Below, piece after piece: positions 22,946-35,965 of a stretch of 64,000 nucleotides of DNA; position 1 is the first letter of the stretch, and every line of letters starts with the position of its first letter. Made by a program: the position numbers and the translations under genes. This DNA is from Octopus vulgaris. Taxonomy: Eukaryota. The notes below the pieces were generated by a model. It made no database searches. It was given only the letters and a program-made list of their open reading frames with translations, and was not told where the DNA came from. Where the stretch lies: NCBI GenBank assembly GCA_951406725.2, contig OX597833.1, positions 56,792,001-56,856,000 on the forward strand, in the 5' to 3' direction.

Positions 22946-23664
22946 ATACATACTTGCTTACAAGAAAAAATACTCAACAGGATACATAAGTTCATTTCCA
23001 AGCTGATGATTCATTCTGCTGTGATTCTTTAGTCACCCGAATGAATCCACACAACTAAGAAACTTAGAGTAATGACAAAGCGAGCCATCAGATTCAAAAG
23101 TATAAATACACATATATGTGTGCACATATTTTTTTCACATCCTGTTTCCATGCTGGCATTGGCTGGAGATATACATATATTTGTGTGTGTGTGTGAGAGA
23201 GAGAGTGTGTGTGTGTGTAGCTTCAGAAAAGAATAAATTTCACATAGTTCAAAATTTGTATTCTACAGCTGTTTCGTAAGGATAAACACCACCAAATTTG
23301 CAATTACGTAACTGTTATTGATATTTAATTTAATTTAATTTAGTACCACAAATATGAAATATACTTTTGATGTTTATCTTAATGAAACAGCTGTCAAACA
23401 CAAATATGAAATACATGTGAAATTTCTGCATTTCTGTTTTTATTCAAAATATGTTGCTTTAGCTGATTATGTAAATACATGGTCATTGATTCTATTTGGA
23501 TTTACTACAAAATAATAATGTGTTTGGGTATAACAATCTGTTATTAATTGGGCCTTTAATTATCATGGATTTATTCTTTAATGTTTATACATCAATTTTC
23601 TATATGGCTATGGATGAGTGGATGGATGGATAGATAGATAATACACACATGCACATGCATACAG

Positions 23665-24710
23665 TTAAGCCCCAACACTTCCTGTAAAGTCTATGCTTGG
23701 TGTCTAGAAAAGAGATGAAAGGATAGATGTTGTTGAGCCCAAGCTAGCTGAAGAACTGTGTGGTTTTCATCCAGAACACAGTACAACTGACCAGATATTC
23801 ACTCTACAGCAGGTCTTCAAGAAATTGTGGGAATATTGCCAAAACGTGTATGCTTGGCTAGTAGACCTCACAAAGTATATGACCATGTGCCACAGGACAT
23901 GGCATGGAGGGTTTTGCAGGAGTTTTGAGGCCCAATGCGTAACTTCTGGTTTCCATGAAGTCTATATGCATACACAAATGTTTGTGCTTGGATAAATGGT
24001 GCTAAGTCAAAGCCTTTCAATCTGGGAGTTGGACTCAAACAAGGGTTCATATTATCACTCTCCTTTTCATAATTTTTATAAACTAGATTGGCATGTAAAG
24101 CAATTGTGGAAGTGGCATCACAACAGGTGAGTGTCAGATCAGTTGGCTGATAACTACAGACAACCTGGTGCTACTAGGCTCATCAAGTGATCTCCAGTAT
24201 GTACTAGTTTCCCTATTAAGTACAGCAAGGCAAGGAAGATAATTAGTGCTGCAAAAACTGAGATATTGGTCCTCTCAAAACAGTCTTCTCAGTGCACTCT
24301 GCATTTTAATGGAATATCATTCAGGCAAGTGGAAAACTTTAAGTATCTTAAGGCTGTATTTATGAGTGATGGAAGGCAGGAGGCCAAATTTAATGCAAGA
24401 ATTGTAGGTGCTGGTACAGTAATGTGCTAGCTTCGACATTTAATCCCCAGAAGAGGAAAGTTCCATTTAAAAAAATGGCTAAACTTGCTATCTTCGGGTT
24501 TTGTGCCTATCCTACCTATGGTCATGAATGCTGGATAATGACCAAAAGAGTACAATTGAAAATAACAAGCAGCTGAAATGCTGGTTCTCCAAAGGATCTC
24601 AGAAGTAACATTACTTGACAGTGTGTATAGCTCTGAGATCAGGATGTCTCTCTAGATCAAACTGCTACTTCACACTGAGAGATCACAGCTCTGGTACTAT
24701 GAACATGTGC
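23665..24710 (+). mobile_element. Decayed RTE-clade LINE reverse transcriptase fragment
   Basis: KVYA.CLEKR, EPKLAEELCGFHPEHSTTDQIFTLQQVFKKLWEY, GVGLKQG, VENFKYL and LPYGHECW-like motifs with frameshifts. Confidence 0.85.
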
Positions 24711-24974
24711 ACGTTGTCATCATCTCAGTGGTTTTACAATTCTGGAATGGATTGCTTTAATTTTGATACTTGTACATAATGTCATTTGCTCAGTCAGCAA
24801 CCTCTTAGGAATGAAACAAAAATGATTTCTCCAAAAAGTATTTCTATAAAATTGAGCTTAAATCCCTTGTAAACATGAAAAAAGTCACATAGTATAAATA
24901 AAGTGTATTAGTATATTCCTCGAATGATACATCATTGAAAAAAATTATGAAAATTAGGGTGTTTGTGTATCCTT

Positions 24975-25250
24975 TATCTTTCACTTTTTTCAGTCACTAA
25001 ACTGCAGCCATACCCCAGTACTTTTTAATATTTTAAAGTCTGGTACTTATTCCATTCATCTCCTTGGCCAAACTGCTAACAGTGATATCAACGACCCAAT
25101 ACCAATCATCATGCAGTGACAAGGAAGGCACAAACACAAAAGTATCAATCACAAGGCACTGGTTAGCCCAGGGCTATAGGAGAAAACATTTGCCCAAGGC
25201 ACAACCCAGTGGAACTGATCCCAAAACCACATAGTTGCAAAGCAAGCTCT
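24975..25250 (-). mobile_element. Diverged family A SINE
   Basis: TTCAGTCACTAAACTGCAGCCAT...GGCTATAGGAGAAAACATTTGCCCAAGG aligns to the family A reverse complement. Confidence 0.65.
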
Positions 25251-25254
25251 GCAT

Positions 25255-25298
<44 letters not shown>

Positions 25299-25340
25299 TT
25301 TTAACAGTGACTTTGAAGTTTCAGCTTATTAGACATCAAC

Positions 25341-25737
25341 AGGCGCAGGAGTGGCTGTGTGGTAAGTAGCTTGTTTACCAACCAAATGGTTCCGGGTTCA
25401 GTGCCACTGCGTGGCATCTTGGGCAAGTGTCTTCTGCTATAGCATTGGGCCGACCAAAGCCTTGTGAGTGGATTTGGTAGACGGAAACTGAAAGAAGCCT
25501 ATCGTATATATGTATATGTATGTGCGTGTATATGTTTGTCCCCCTAGCATTGCTTGACAACTGATGCTGGTGTGTTTACGTCCCCGTCACATAGCAGTTC
25601 GGCAAAAGAGACCAATAGAATAAGTACTGGGCTTACAAAGAATAAGTCCCAGGGTCGATTTGCTCGACTAAAGGCGGTGCTCCAGCATGGCTGCAGTCAA
25701 ATGACTGAAACAAGTAAAAGAGTAAAAGAGTAAGAGT
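25341..25737 (+). mobile_element. tRNA-derived SINE, family A (full length)
   Basis: Same head, core and tail as 8077. AACAG is duplicated at 25338-25342 and 25738-25742. Confidence 0.9.
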
Positions 25738-27614
25738 AACAGTTTGATGACAACTAGTAAACCAAATCTTCAAAGTCACTGTCAACCTTCTTGTAAAAAT
25801 GAATAAACGTGATACTCTAAAAAGTATTTTTAACTGTTTTTATACATAACTTTACATAAAAATAAACATTAATGTCTGCGTGTGTTTGTGAGTACATGTA
25901 TATGCAAGTATCCACAGACTCACTCATATACACACAATATACACAATCATATATAATTAATTGTTGTATGTGAACAAATTTTATCAGGAAACTATTTATT
26001 TGTAAATGTCATAAGAAATTTAAGTAGTGGAAGCAAAATATTATGCAACAAGTCAGTGTATAATTAAGTTCAATCTGGAGTTGGCTGGATGATATTTTAG
26101 AAACTGAATCTGAACTATAGGACAATGTACAGTATAGAACAGCTTAACAGTGTAACATATAGATAGATATAAAATATAATTGATCTATTGTGAACAGGAA
26201 TGATTAACTGTTACACCCTGCCACTGCCGTTACCACTTTACATACAAACAAACACACATGGTTCACACTTGAAAGAATACAGGGAAGCAACTGTTATATT
26301 GTACCTCCTAAACAAAGAAGGGGTGTGATCTCAGAGAATGGATCAACATTAAACTGAATGGTAGGAGCTGGGGTATATGTCAATCTAAATCACAATGGGT
26401 GAAACTGCACTTATGAAAACATGGCCCACTTCACTCACCCATGTGTGGAGTAGTAGCAGTGGTGATGGTGGTGGTGGTGGTGATGGTGGTAATATGTGTT
26501 CACTGTCAGCTGGTAGTTGACAGCAGCTGGGACATTGGGTAGGCCAATTAAGACTTAGAAGTGAAGTGGTAATTAGAAGTGACCATAACCAAGTGTGCCC
26601 CACACTCTCTTAAAAAAAAAAATCAATGAGAATAGGAATAATAGGGTGGTGGTAGTAGGAGGAGGAGGAAGAGGAGGATGTTGATAATCATGAAGGTGGT
26701 GATACTGGGGGGGCATATGCTTGGACATAAAATTGTATCCTGAGGCAAGGCATATTTGTCTACAACTTAAAAAAAAAAGTGGTACTTAGGCTGACTTAAA
26801 ACTTCATACTATTGCTGAACAATTAAAAAGGCCATCAAGCTGTGTAGCAACAAGTCACCAACTTCAAACATAAAAGGAAGTTTTAAAATTTACAGAAAAC
26901 ATCACCTGATGCTTGCACTGGAAAACAGACATTAAAGTTGAGAAAAAAACGAATGCACTCATTCTCTTACAAGACAATTCAATCTGAGTTACGCGCGTGT
27001 GTTGATCAAGATCCAGTACAATACTTTGAAGGTCTTAATAGTTCCCAACTCATCAGTGAAAACAAAATCATAGCAAATGCTGAAGTAGCCATCAGTGATT
27101 TGCTATCTTCGATTACAGTCAAGACTATATCCAAGAGGTGTGTTACATTTGTGAGAAACGGGTGATGAATGCAGAGCAGCAGAGACATAGGAAAGAATGG
27201 AAACGAGAATGATTTGCTAGCTGAATGGAGTATGATTGAGAGAGAGAGAAGACAAACAATAAATTGCAGAGAACTAGGAAAAGAGAGCCAGTGGTGTTGC
27301 AGAGAGAAATGGGATGAGATGGCTGGGTCATGTGCAGAAGAAGGATGAAAGTGACTGGGTGAAAGGTATGATGGAAATGATTATGGACAGAAGAAGGAGA
27401 AGACTAAAAAAAACAGGACTAAAGATGATGATGGAGAAGGGAATGAGGACAAAGGAGATGACCAGGGGAAATGTAGATGATTGAGCAAAATGGTGAAGAC
27501 AGTTATGAGGCTCACAAAGCGAACCTCTGCTTTAGCATGAAAAATGGTCTTGAAAATGTTTGTTGTATCTGGGAAGAAGTATATATTAGTATTCATGAGT
27601 GATTAATATAAACT

Positions 27615-27996
27615 GGAGGCGCAATGGCCCAGTGGTTAGGGCAGCGGACTCGCGGTCGTGGGATCATGGTTTTGATTCCCAGACCGGGTGTTGTGAGTGT
27701 TTATTGAGCAAAAACACCTAAAGCTCCACGAAGCTCCGGCAGGGATGGTGGTGATCCCTGCTGTACTCTTTCACCACAACTTTCTCTCACTCTTACTTCC
27801 TTTTTCTGTTGTACCTGTATTTCAAAGGGCCAGCCTTGTCACTCACTGTGTCACACTGAATATCCCCGAGAACTGCGTTAAGGGTAAACGTGTCTGTGGA
27901 GTGCTCAGCCACTTACACGTTAATTTCACGAGCAGGCTGTTCCGTTGATCAGATCAACCGGAACCCTCGTCGTCGTAACCGACGGAGTGCTTCCCC
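27615..27996 (+). mobile_element. tRNA-derived SINE, family B (full length, young)
   Basis: tRNA-like head GGAGGCGCAATGGCCCAGTGGTTAGGGCAGCGGACTCGC...GGTTTTGATTCCC. CpG-rich, with a 10-bp TSD AATATAAACT at 27605-27614 and 27997-28006. Confidence 0.9.
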
Positions 27997-28551
27997 AATA
28001 TAAACTATTCAATTCCCAAATCAAAAGTATTAAAGAAATAAACTCATGAGTGAATTGTTTTAATCTTTTTATATAACCCTAATTAGTTGACAATAAATGT
28101 TCAAATTAAAACTATGAGATCAAAATAAGTGTAACTCTCCTAGAGAAAATAGTTTTGATGTAATGTAATAAAGATGGAGTATTTTAAGAATAAAATTCAG
28201 CAAATGCCATGAGAAATAATGTTAGTGACATTTGATAACTCTAAATGGGCTGGGGGTAGTTAACAAGTTCAGGAGAGCATAGTCCATTGTATTCTTGTTA
28301 ACCATAAATAAAATTTGTTTTCACAATAACAAGCAAAGAAAAGCAGAGTAAAAACACTATTTGAGAGTAAGAGAAATTCCTGAAGGAATTTCTTGATTAA
28401 AACAAACATACAAAACGGGATAAAAATATATAATTTTACAGCAAAATGGACTGTAGTAGAGTATAATTAAGTAACTTGGTTAAGAACACTACTCAATGTT
28501 TGTGACAATAAAAAAATTCCAATTTTTTCAAACAAGAACTGGATCACTTAA

Positions 28552-28772
28552 CCCTTTAGTGTTCACATTATTCTGCCAAAATTAATACTTCTTTATTCAC
28601 ATTGCTTTGAACTAATCATGCATTATCTTGTAGCTTTGAGATTTTGATGTGGTAGCTGTTAATTTTTAAAACGATATTGTAGGGTTGGTGTGAGAGACCA
28701 GATCTGGCCAGTCGGAACATAAAACAGGCAGAATACTTTTGGCCGGATATGGCCGGTTTAAATGCTAAAGGG
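28552..28772. mobile_element. piggyBac-type MITE
   Basis: TTAA TSD on both sides and TIRs CCCTTTAG.../...CTAAAGGG. Homologous to 57913-58091. Confidence 0.85.
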
Positions 28773-30122
28773 TTAAAGTGTTTTCTATTAGTTCCTGTGA
28801 GAAGGAGCAATGCCCACAACCATTTGTAGATCTTCCCAGACTGAAGGATAGAGATAGCTGAGCAAATTCAATTTAGATACGTTTACTTAAATCTTTGTAG
28901 CTTGTTGGGTAGAGAGAGACAACATAGGTCATGGGGAAATTCTATAAGACTGTGCTTTGGGGAAAAGGGATTGGAAGAATCAACAGTATTCACTTTCAAG
29001 TAACTTAAGTTTATAACATTTTATAAACCCAAGTTTATAGCTCCTCTATTACAAAATGAAAGACAAATTTATAAAAGGTATTTTGCATGTGAGATTTAAA
29101 TGACATCTAGAGATGAGCGTTAAAGGTCTAATATGGATTCCAATAATAAAAATATGTTTATCACGAGAAAGACAATTATTGCCAATTACCTTTCATAATA
29201 ATTTTATTATTCTCACTGATGACCAAGCAAGGTGTAATAACATGATAAAACAGTGTCTGTGAAACACTCCACTACATCTTCCACTTATGGATCATCAATA
29301 TCACTGCTTCATTTAACATCTGTTTTTTCAATGTTTGCATGACTTAAACTAGTATTACAAACTACATCTGTCACCAGAGAAACTACACAGAAATCAGATA
29401 ACATTTTCAGTTTTCCCTCCAGTATAACTGGAGCAAAAGACTTACATGACTGGATATTATTCTTCCTCGTATCAGCTACAGTATTGATGAGAAATGTGCA
29501 AAGAATAGCGGGGAGGAGGTATAGAAGGATTTGGAGAAAGACGGAAAGAAAAAGAAAAAAAAATAAGAAAAACAATGAAGAGAAAGTTAGCAAGAGAGCG
29601 AGAGGGATGTGTAACAGATCAGAGTAAAAGTGTAAAGTAGAAATAGAGGGAAGAGAAGAGAAAGAGAGATATGGTGATTGGGGAAGAGATAACATGAAAA
29701 ATAGAAGACAGAGAGAGTGGAGAGCGGGGAGAAAGAAAGAAATAGGAGTGATGAAAGGGAATATAAAAAGAATCAGTTCTGTTGAATTCCTAGTGTACTT
29801 CCAATCTATAAAGAATGTTAAAAGCTGACTACCCTAACTATGCAGATGTAAAATTCAGAGTTGAAGGGAAAAGCAGCTAGCTTCTGGGGAAAAAAAAAAA
29901 TTTTTTTTTTTTAAAATCTACATGTTACTATATATTTAAAGACAGCAAAAAGATTTATTGGCTGTAATCTGTCATTGTATTATGTACATAGTTAACAACA
30001 CATCAATTTAACTGTTTAGAATTTACAACTCTGAGCCAATTTACATACACTATCCACATATAATTAGTCATTTCGTTTTATTTGATGTGTTTGGGGTTTC
30101 TAGGAAAACTTTCTCCTTCTCC

Positions 30123-30158
<36 letters not shown>

Positions 30159-30622
30159 GTATCTCTCTCTCCCTCTTTCTCTCTCTCATTTCACTTTTTC
30201 AGATAAGTCTGTAACATTAATATACATCACTGAAATTTCTGAATAATACTTTGTTAGATAAATTTTCATTTTTCTTTCTTTTTTTTTTTTTTCCTTATTT
30301 ATTTAATATATAGTAAAAGAAGAAATAATCAAGCTACTAATTGATTTAAAATGAAGCATCATTCCAAAACTTTATTATTAGGAATGCACAGCAGTGAAAT
30401 AGATAGTATTAGCAACACAACAACATAAATAAGATTAACACATTTTTCTAAACTCAGATCAATAAAAGGGGTACCGGTAATGTATTGGAACAAATAAAGA
30501 GAATCTAGTATATAAATTTTAAAGTGGCTTCTCGGAATTAGCTTGGGTAACTCAATAACAGCTGTTGCGATTTGAGTTTTTGAAGGAACATATTCTGAAT
30601 GATGATATTCTTCGCTTCCCAC

Positions 30623-31219
30623 ATATTCTTTTATTCTTTTACTTGTTTCAGTCATTTGACAGCAGCCAAGCTGGAGCACCACCTTTAGTCGAACAAATAG
30701 ACCCCAGGACTTATTCTTTGTAAACCTACTACTTATTCTATTGGTCTCTTGGATCTTTTTGGTTTGAACGGCAGTTTTTTCTAGCAGTGTCATATGAAAT
30801 TGTTACCCATAATTATGACCCTAGTATCGATCTATTGCATTTCAATCTCTTTTAGAGTTAGGGTTAGGGGTGGGGGAAGGGTATCTTTTTTTCTTCACAA
30901 ATGTAAATAAACCCAATCTGTTTCTTAAACAAGGGACATATTCATACGACACAGAATGTTGTTTACCTCAATGGACGTCATTGATTGGTTGAAATTGCAG
31001 AAATTGAAGAAAAAAAACATCTTACAAACTATAGAATTTTCTCAATAAAGCCAAGAGGAAAAGATGTTTTATAAACACATTCTACCAGTATACGAAGTTT
31101 GAAATTTTTTAGTTACCTAGAAATTATATTAAAAACTGCCGTTCAAACTGAAAAGATCCGGTCTCTTTTGCCAAACCGCTAAGTTACAGGGATGTAAACA
31201 CACCAACATCAGTTGTCAT
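30623..31219 (-). mobile_element. 3' half of family A SINE, interrupted by the MITE above
   Basis: Removing 30751-31167 restores the SINE sequence CTTATTCTAT(C/T)GGTCTCTTTTGCC(G/A)AACCGCTAAGTTAC seen in the copies at 50721 and 51543. Confidence 0.85.
30751..31159. mobile_element. 409-bp MITE with 29-bp TIRs and 8-bp TSD (Merlin-like GG termini), nested in a SINE
   Basis: TIRs GGATCTTTTTGGTTTGAACGGCAGTTTTT (30751-30779) and AAAAACTGCCGTTCAAACTGAAAAGATCC (31131-31159). TSD GGTCTCTT at 30743-30750 and 31160-31167. Confidence 0.85.
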
Positions 31220-32789
31220 ATGTCATTTCTTTCACATAATATGAGCTGTGACTTGAACTCAGTCTTTTACTGAAGTTTAAAATACTAAGAGTCCCATTCC
31301 TCCATTGCATTGTCTTGTATGCTCGATTACAGACAAAAACAAAAAAAGTTACTGACTCATACTCTCAAATACACAAACAGAACAATTGTTTACATTCAGC
31401 TTGTGGAAGTGGATAAATACTTCTGCAAGAGGATAATGGTATTATTTAAAGTGTTAAATGAAATAGAACAAAACTCATTAAACAAGTTCCTTCAGTTGAA
31501 TAGGCAAGAGCAGATAGTTCAAACTGTGTTTTTTACTGACAGAAATACTGATTTCATGACATTTATATCCAAAATAAATATCTCATAATAATGCAATCAA
31601 CATTTAGAGATCTGATTTATTTGTCTCAGTATAATAAAACAACCTGAATGACATTGAATATCAATCTTACCTCAATAGTGATTGTCTAGAGAAAGAGAAG
31701 TTTAAGAAATTTATTGTGTTATTTTCTTTAAGTACAGAGCTTCTACAATAATTGGAGAGAAAGCAAATTGAGTATAATCTGCTGGGTGTGCAGTGTTAAC
31801 AATCAATAGAAATCAAGAGAAAGTGAAATGAGAAAGCAAATGAGTATAAATGTGTTAGCTGATATCTACAGTAGACACAAACTGCACTTACTGATATGGA
31901 CATGTGATGTAAATAAATAGTGTTGGACATAAAAACAAATGTTTTGAGTTAGAACATAAGTTTATATCTCAGAGAGAAAGATTTCAGAAGAAGCAGTTAG
32001 AACAAGGTAAACTGAATTCATTACTCACTTTTACACTACTATCTCACTATTGGGTGCCTTTACATGCTTGTAGAGTCCATTTTACACCAAGTCTCCAACC
32101 TGAGGATAATACAATATCTTAGCACACAGCTTTTTACATCATGAGTCCACAAATCATGGGGTTTCTTTACTTCCTTTCCCTTCACCAATTTCAGAGATCT
32201 TACAGAAGTCATGGCTACCTCCTTTCCACCTTTGATTAAACCATGATAAAAATGACTGAATTGAGAACATTGTGTCTTACAAGATAGAAATGTGCTGTAT
32301 TACAGTTTTATCCAAGACATGCCAGTGGAGAAAGATGGGTCATTAAAATTATGCTAACAATAGTGATACCAATCCAGATGAAAATAATAATGAGTAGTCT
32401 GTAGATAATTATTATAAAACAGATAAATTGAAAACTGCCCAATTGATAAGATTTTATATAAATTATCAATAAACCTGATTGCCAATACATCTAAAATCTC
32501 AACTACTATAAATTATTTCATCAACACAGCCCAATATTCTCAGGTTTGATTTTGTTGCTCCACCCCAAGCTTTATTTGATAACTTCTACCATTGATATAA
32601 ATTATTTCATTGCCTAACTTTGAAGTATGTTGTATCTTCTAAAAGGAATTGTTTTCTCAGATGGAAACTGCAACTTATGGCTTTTCAACAGTGCATATAC
32701 ATTAATTATGTCATATAGATAAAGATTTTATTCTAGACCTGTTTCTGTTGCATTATTCGAATACAGACAGTCTGGTATAGTTATATATA

Positions 32790-34080
32790 TCATCATCATC
32801 ATTTTAACATCTACTTTTCTATGCTTGCATGAGTCAGATGAAATTCAGTGAAGCAGGCATTCTATGGCTGGATGCTCTTCCTATTACAATCCATCATCAA
32901 TTATCAAGCAAGGTAATATTTCCCTCATGCCTAGACATGTTTCTCTTGGATGACTAGAAATGAACAACATTCTTCTTTGTGCAACTGTACTTATCCATGC
33001 ACATCAGATGGCCAAACCAGTGTAGTTGCCTCTCTTGTACACAACATCTGACTCCTCTTATGCCTAATGTTTCTCTTATTTGCACTTTGTCATACATGCA
33101 CACTAACATTGCTCATACAGTGGAGCATACTAGCTTCATTCTTCTCTAGTCTTCGTATGTTCTTTGCATTTGGGGTCTACATCTCCCTGTACATTCACAA
33201 GCATCATACAATGTCTTTCACTGAGAGAGAGAGAGAGTGACCTTTTGTTGCCAACAGAGACAATAGCTCTCTAAACTTTTTTTATTCTAGTGTCTATCTA
33301 CACTTTCAGAACATCATCCTCCACAGCTAATTTAGTCACCTAGGTGACAGAAACCATCCAGTATCTCTAGGAAGCCTCCAGGGTATTTCAGAGAATCAAT
33401 TTCCCATGTGACCTTGGACTTTATGGCACCAGTGCTTCTTCCACATACAAAAACTACTTTCTCTGTCAATCTTCTTGCACTTCTTCTGTGTCCAGGACTT
33501 GCATTGGATACACCATTTGGAATTTCGGTCTACATCTTTCTTACATATCAAGCAGGGCCATTGCAGCTTACTAGGATTTTGGTCTTTGCTAAGCTGAGGT
33601 CCTTCAATTCCAGGTTTTGCTTCCATACCTCAAATTACTTTTTTAATTCAGTTACAGATTCTGCTATGAAAACAAGAGCATCAGTCACAGGAACAGCCAA
33701 TTTTTAATTCTATTATAGCCTGGAGAACAATGATAAATAGGAAGGGACTGAAAAATGAGTCCTTGTGAACACTCAATTCATTACTGTATTCATGGCTAAC
33801 TTTCACCTTACTAACAGCTCCCCTGTACATGACTTTTACAGCTTAACAAGCAATTCATCTACCCCTAGCTTCTTCAAAGACTACCATATCACAGAGCAAG
33901 GGACTTTGTCAAAGGCTTTCTCCAAGTCAACAAATACCAAGTATAATGGATTATTCTTAGCTACAAACTTCTCCTGCAATTGTCAAAGAGGACAGCATTG
34001 ATAGTACTTCTACCTGGTACAAAACCAAACTGCATCTCATCTGCTCTAATTCTGCTTCTAATTAATTAGGTTATAACTTA
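32790..34080 (-). mobile_element. Decayed RTE (BovB-like) LINE 3' portion with (GAT)n tail
   Basis: Minus-strand GFVPGRST, LVFVDLEKAFDKVP, SPFLFIIVLQAI and WPCLICKKDVDRNSKWC motifs, with a CATCATCATC tail at 32791. Confidence 0.8.
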
Positions 34081-34145
34081 CTCTGTAATACTTTAAATAT
34101 ATATTTTAATTATATAGAAGGAAACACTGCTAATGATTATAATAG

Positions 34146-34510
34146 AGCTGATAGAGAGAACACAGAGGCATGGTTGTGTGGTTAAGCATTTTACTTTAGA
34201 ATAATTAAGCTGTTCCCTTCATAATTACGGGGTTCAATTCCACTACATATTTTGGGCAAGTGACTTTTAACATTGCTTTGTGCCTACCTTATGAGAGGAA
34301 CTGGGTAATCAGAAATTCTATGGAAGCCCATTAGATGGACTGCACCTGTAATTCATAGAACCAACTTTGTCTCATTGTGTGATGCTGATTCTGCTTGGAG
34401 ATTATATTAAGGGTACGAAATGTCTGTGGAATACTTAGCCAATATAATTCAATGAGCAGGCAATTCTGTTAAACAAGGAACTGGAACACATATCACGAAA
34501 ACCAACAGTG
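34146..34510 (+). mobile_element. Old chimeric SINE (family A head/core plus family B 3' region)
   Basis: GGCATGGTTGTGTGGTTAAG...TTGGGCAAGTG...GAAGCCC is followed by CACCTGTAATTCA...TTAAGGGTAC...TGTCTGTGGA...GAGCAGGC...GGAAC, similar to 27812-27965. Confidence 0.6.
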
Positions 34511-35965
34511 AATTATTCATCATCATATAAGGGAAAGTTCTTTTCAATAATATGATCGTGATAGACATTCTGTGGAGAAACTAATCTTATTTTTATTCCT
34601 CAAAAAATCGTTAATGATAGAGAACACAAAGTGTAGGCTGTCAACCATAAGCTTCAGACCTATAGATTCCATGCGATGTTTTACAATGTAAACTCGAAGA
34701 AATCAATTTCATTTAGTGAAACTAAACAAAACATGTTTTATCCAATGAACTAGAGACCAATGTACAATGAAATTATAGAATTCCATGTATAACAGTCTCT
34801 GCTATGACTGAGTCAGATATCTGACCTTTCTTTTTTTTTCTGTTTTTTTTTTTTCTCTTGAAGCTTTATTTATAAATCATAGAACACAATTCTCACAGAT
34901 ATTAAGTTTATGAATTTAAACAGGTTTTGACAGGAACAAGTGTAAATCACTGGCCAAACTGATCAATTATATGCTTTAGATTGGTTTACATAATCTATGT
35001 GCAGGAAAACAAAAACCGGCATATATAAATATGCACAACCCAGCACATAAATATTACGAGATAATAGCATATGCACAAATTTGTACAAAACATTTTATTG
35101 GCCTTCAAAGGGTAATATTATACACCTTTCTCCATCATGTAGCTGCTATTCATTTCAACACTGCTAGAGCTTTAATGCTCTCTGCCTCTACGTCAGCCTT
35201 TGTGTATGTGTGTATCTGAATATTTGCGTATGCTTGTTTGCGTGGGTGTATACATGCATATCACTTTCTTTCTCTTTCTCGTAATAAAACGATGCACGAA
35301 GATAATAAGATACATAATTTTAAGCAAAATATTAAATAAATTTCATCATGAGAATTTTATATTTCAATATTTTAGCCTTGAAGTCTTTGAAATAATTGCA
35401 AATTACAATAAATTGCCGCTTAAAATAAAATCACGTAAGTTATGCAACGGCAGCAAACTAAACTAACAACTTAATGGGAAACTTATCTGACTACAAATCA
35501 GGTATTTTATTTCCCTAGAATAGAATGAATGGTTCCACAAAATGTTTAAGCATCAGCATGAATTGTTGAAGTATATATTTTATGGCTAGCTGTTTTCCTG
35601 TCAACTACGAAACAACCTCATGGGTGAAGCTGTACTTATCTGTCAAGACTAACTGGGGTAAATATTGCGCCTTGTCTAAAAGACAGGACATTATACTAGA
35701 TGTGCTATAACTTCTGTTACCAATCATCAATATACTTTAATACTCTTGAATTTGAATAACTACATGTCAATAATAAAATGACAATAGATGTACAGAATAA
35801 TCTACATTATGAAATCATAATATTAGAAGGTACACTTATGTTTTAGTATTGCTGAGAAAAGATCTCGTTCTTGTTTTATTTTTATTCATTACCTCATGTC
35901 ATCTCTGATCAAATATTCACCTGATGCTGGAAAAGCTCTTCTAAAATGTTTTGTTAATAGTGCAT

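Noticed and set aside
27615-27690. tRNA gene (also the heads at 8077, 25341 and 51880-51954)
   Set aside because: These are SINE heads: imperfect cloverleaf, continuous with SINE bodies, and flanked by TSDs where visible.
29216-29250. Additional CTGATGA hammerhead candidates (also 40705 and 51162)
   Set aside because: No properly spaced stem II plus GAAA and no stem I complement.
30359-30793. 144-aa minus-strand ORF
   Set aside because: Runs across MITE, SINE and flanking DNA, so it is a chance fusion.
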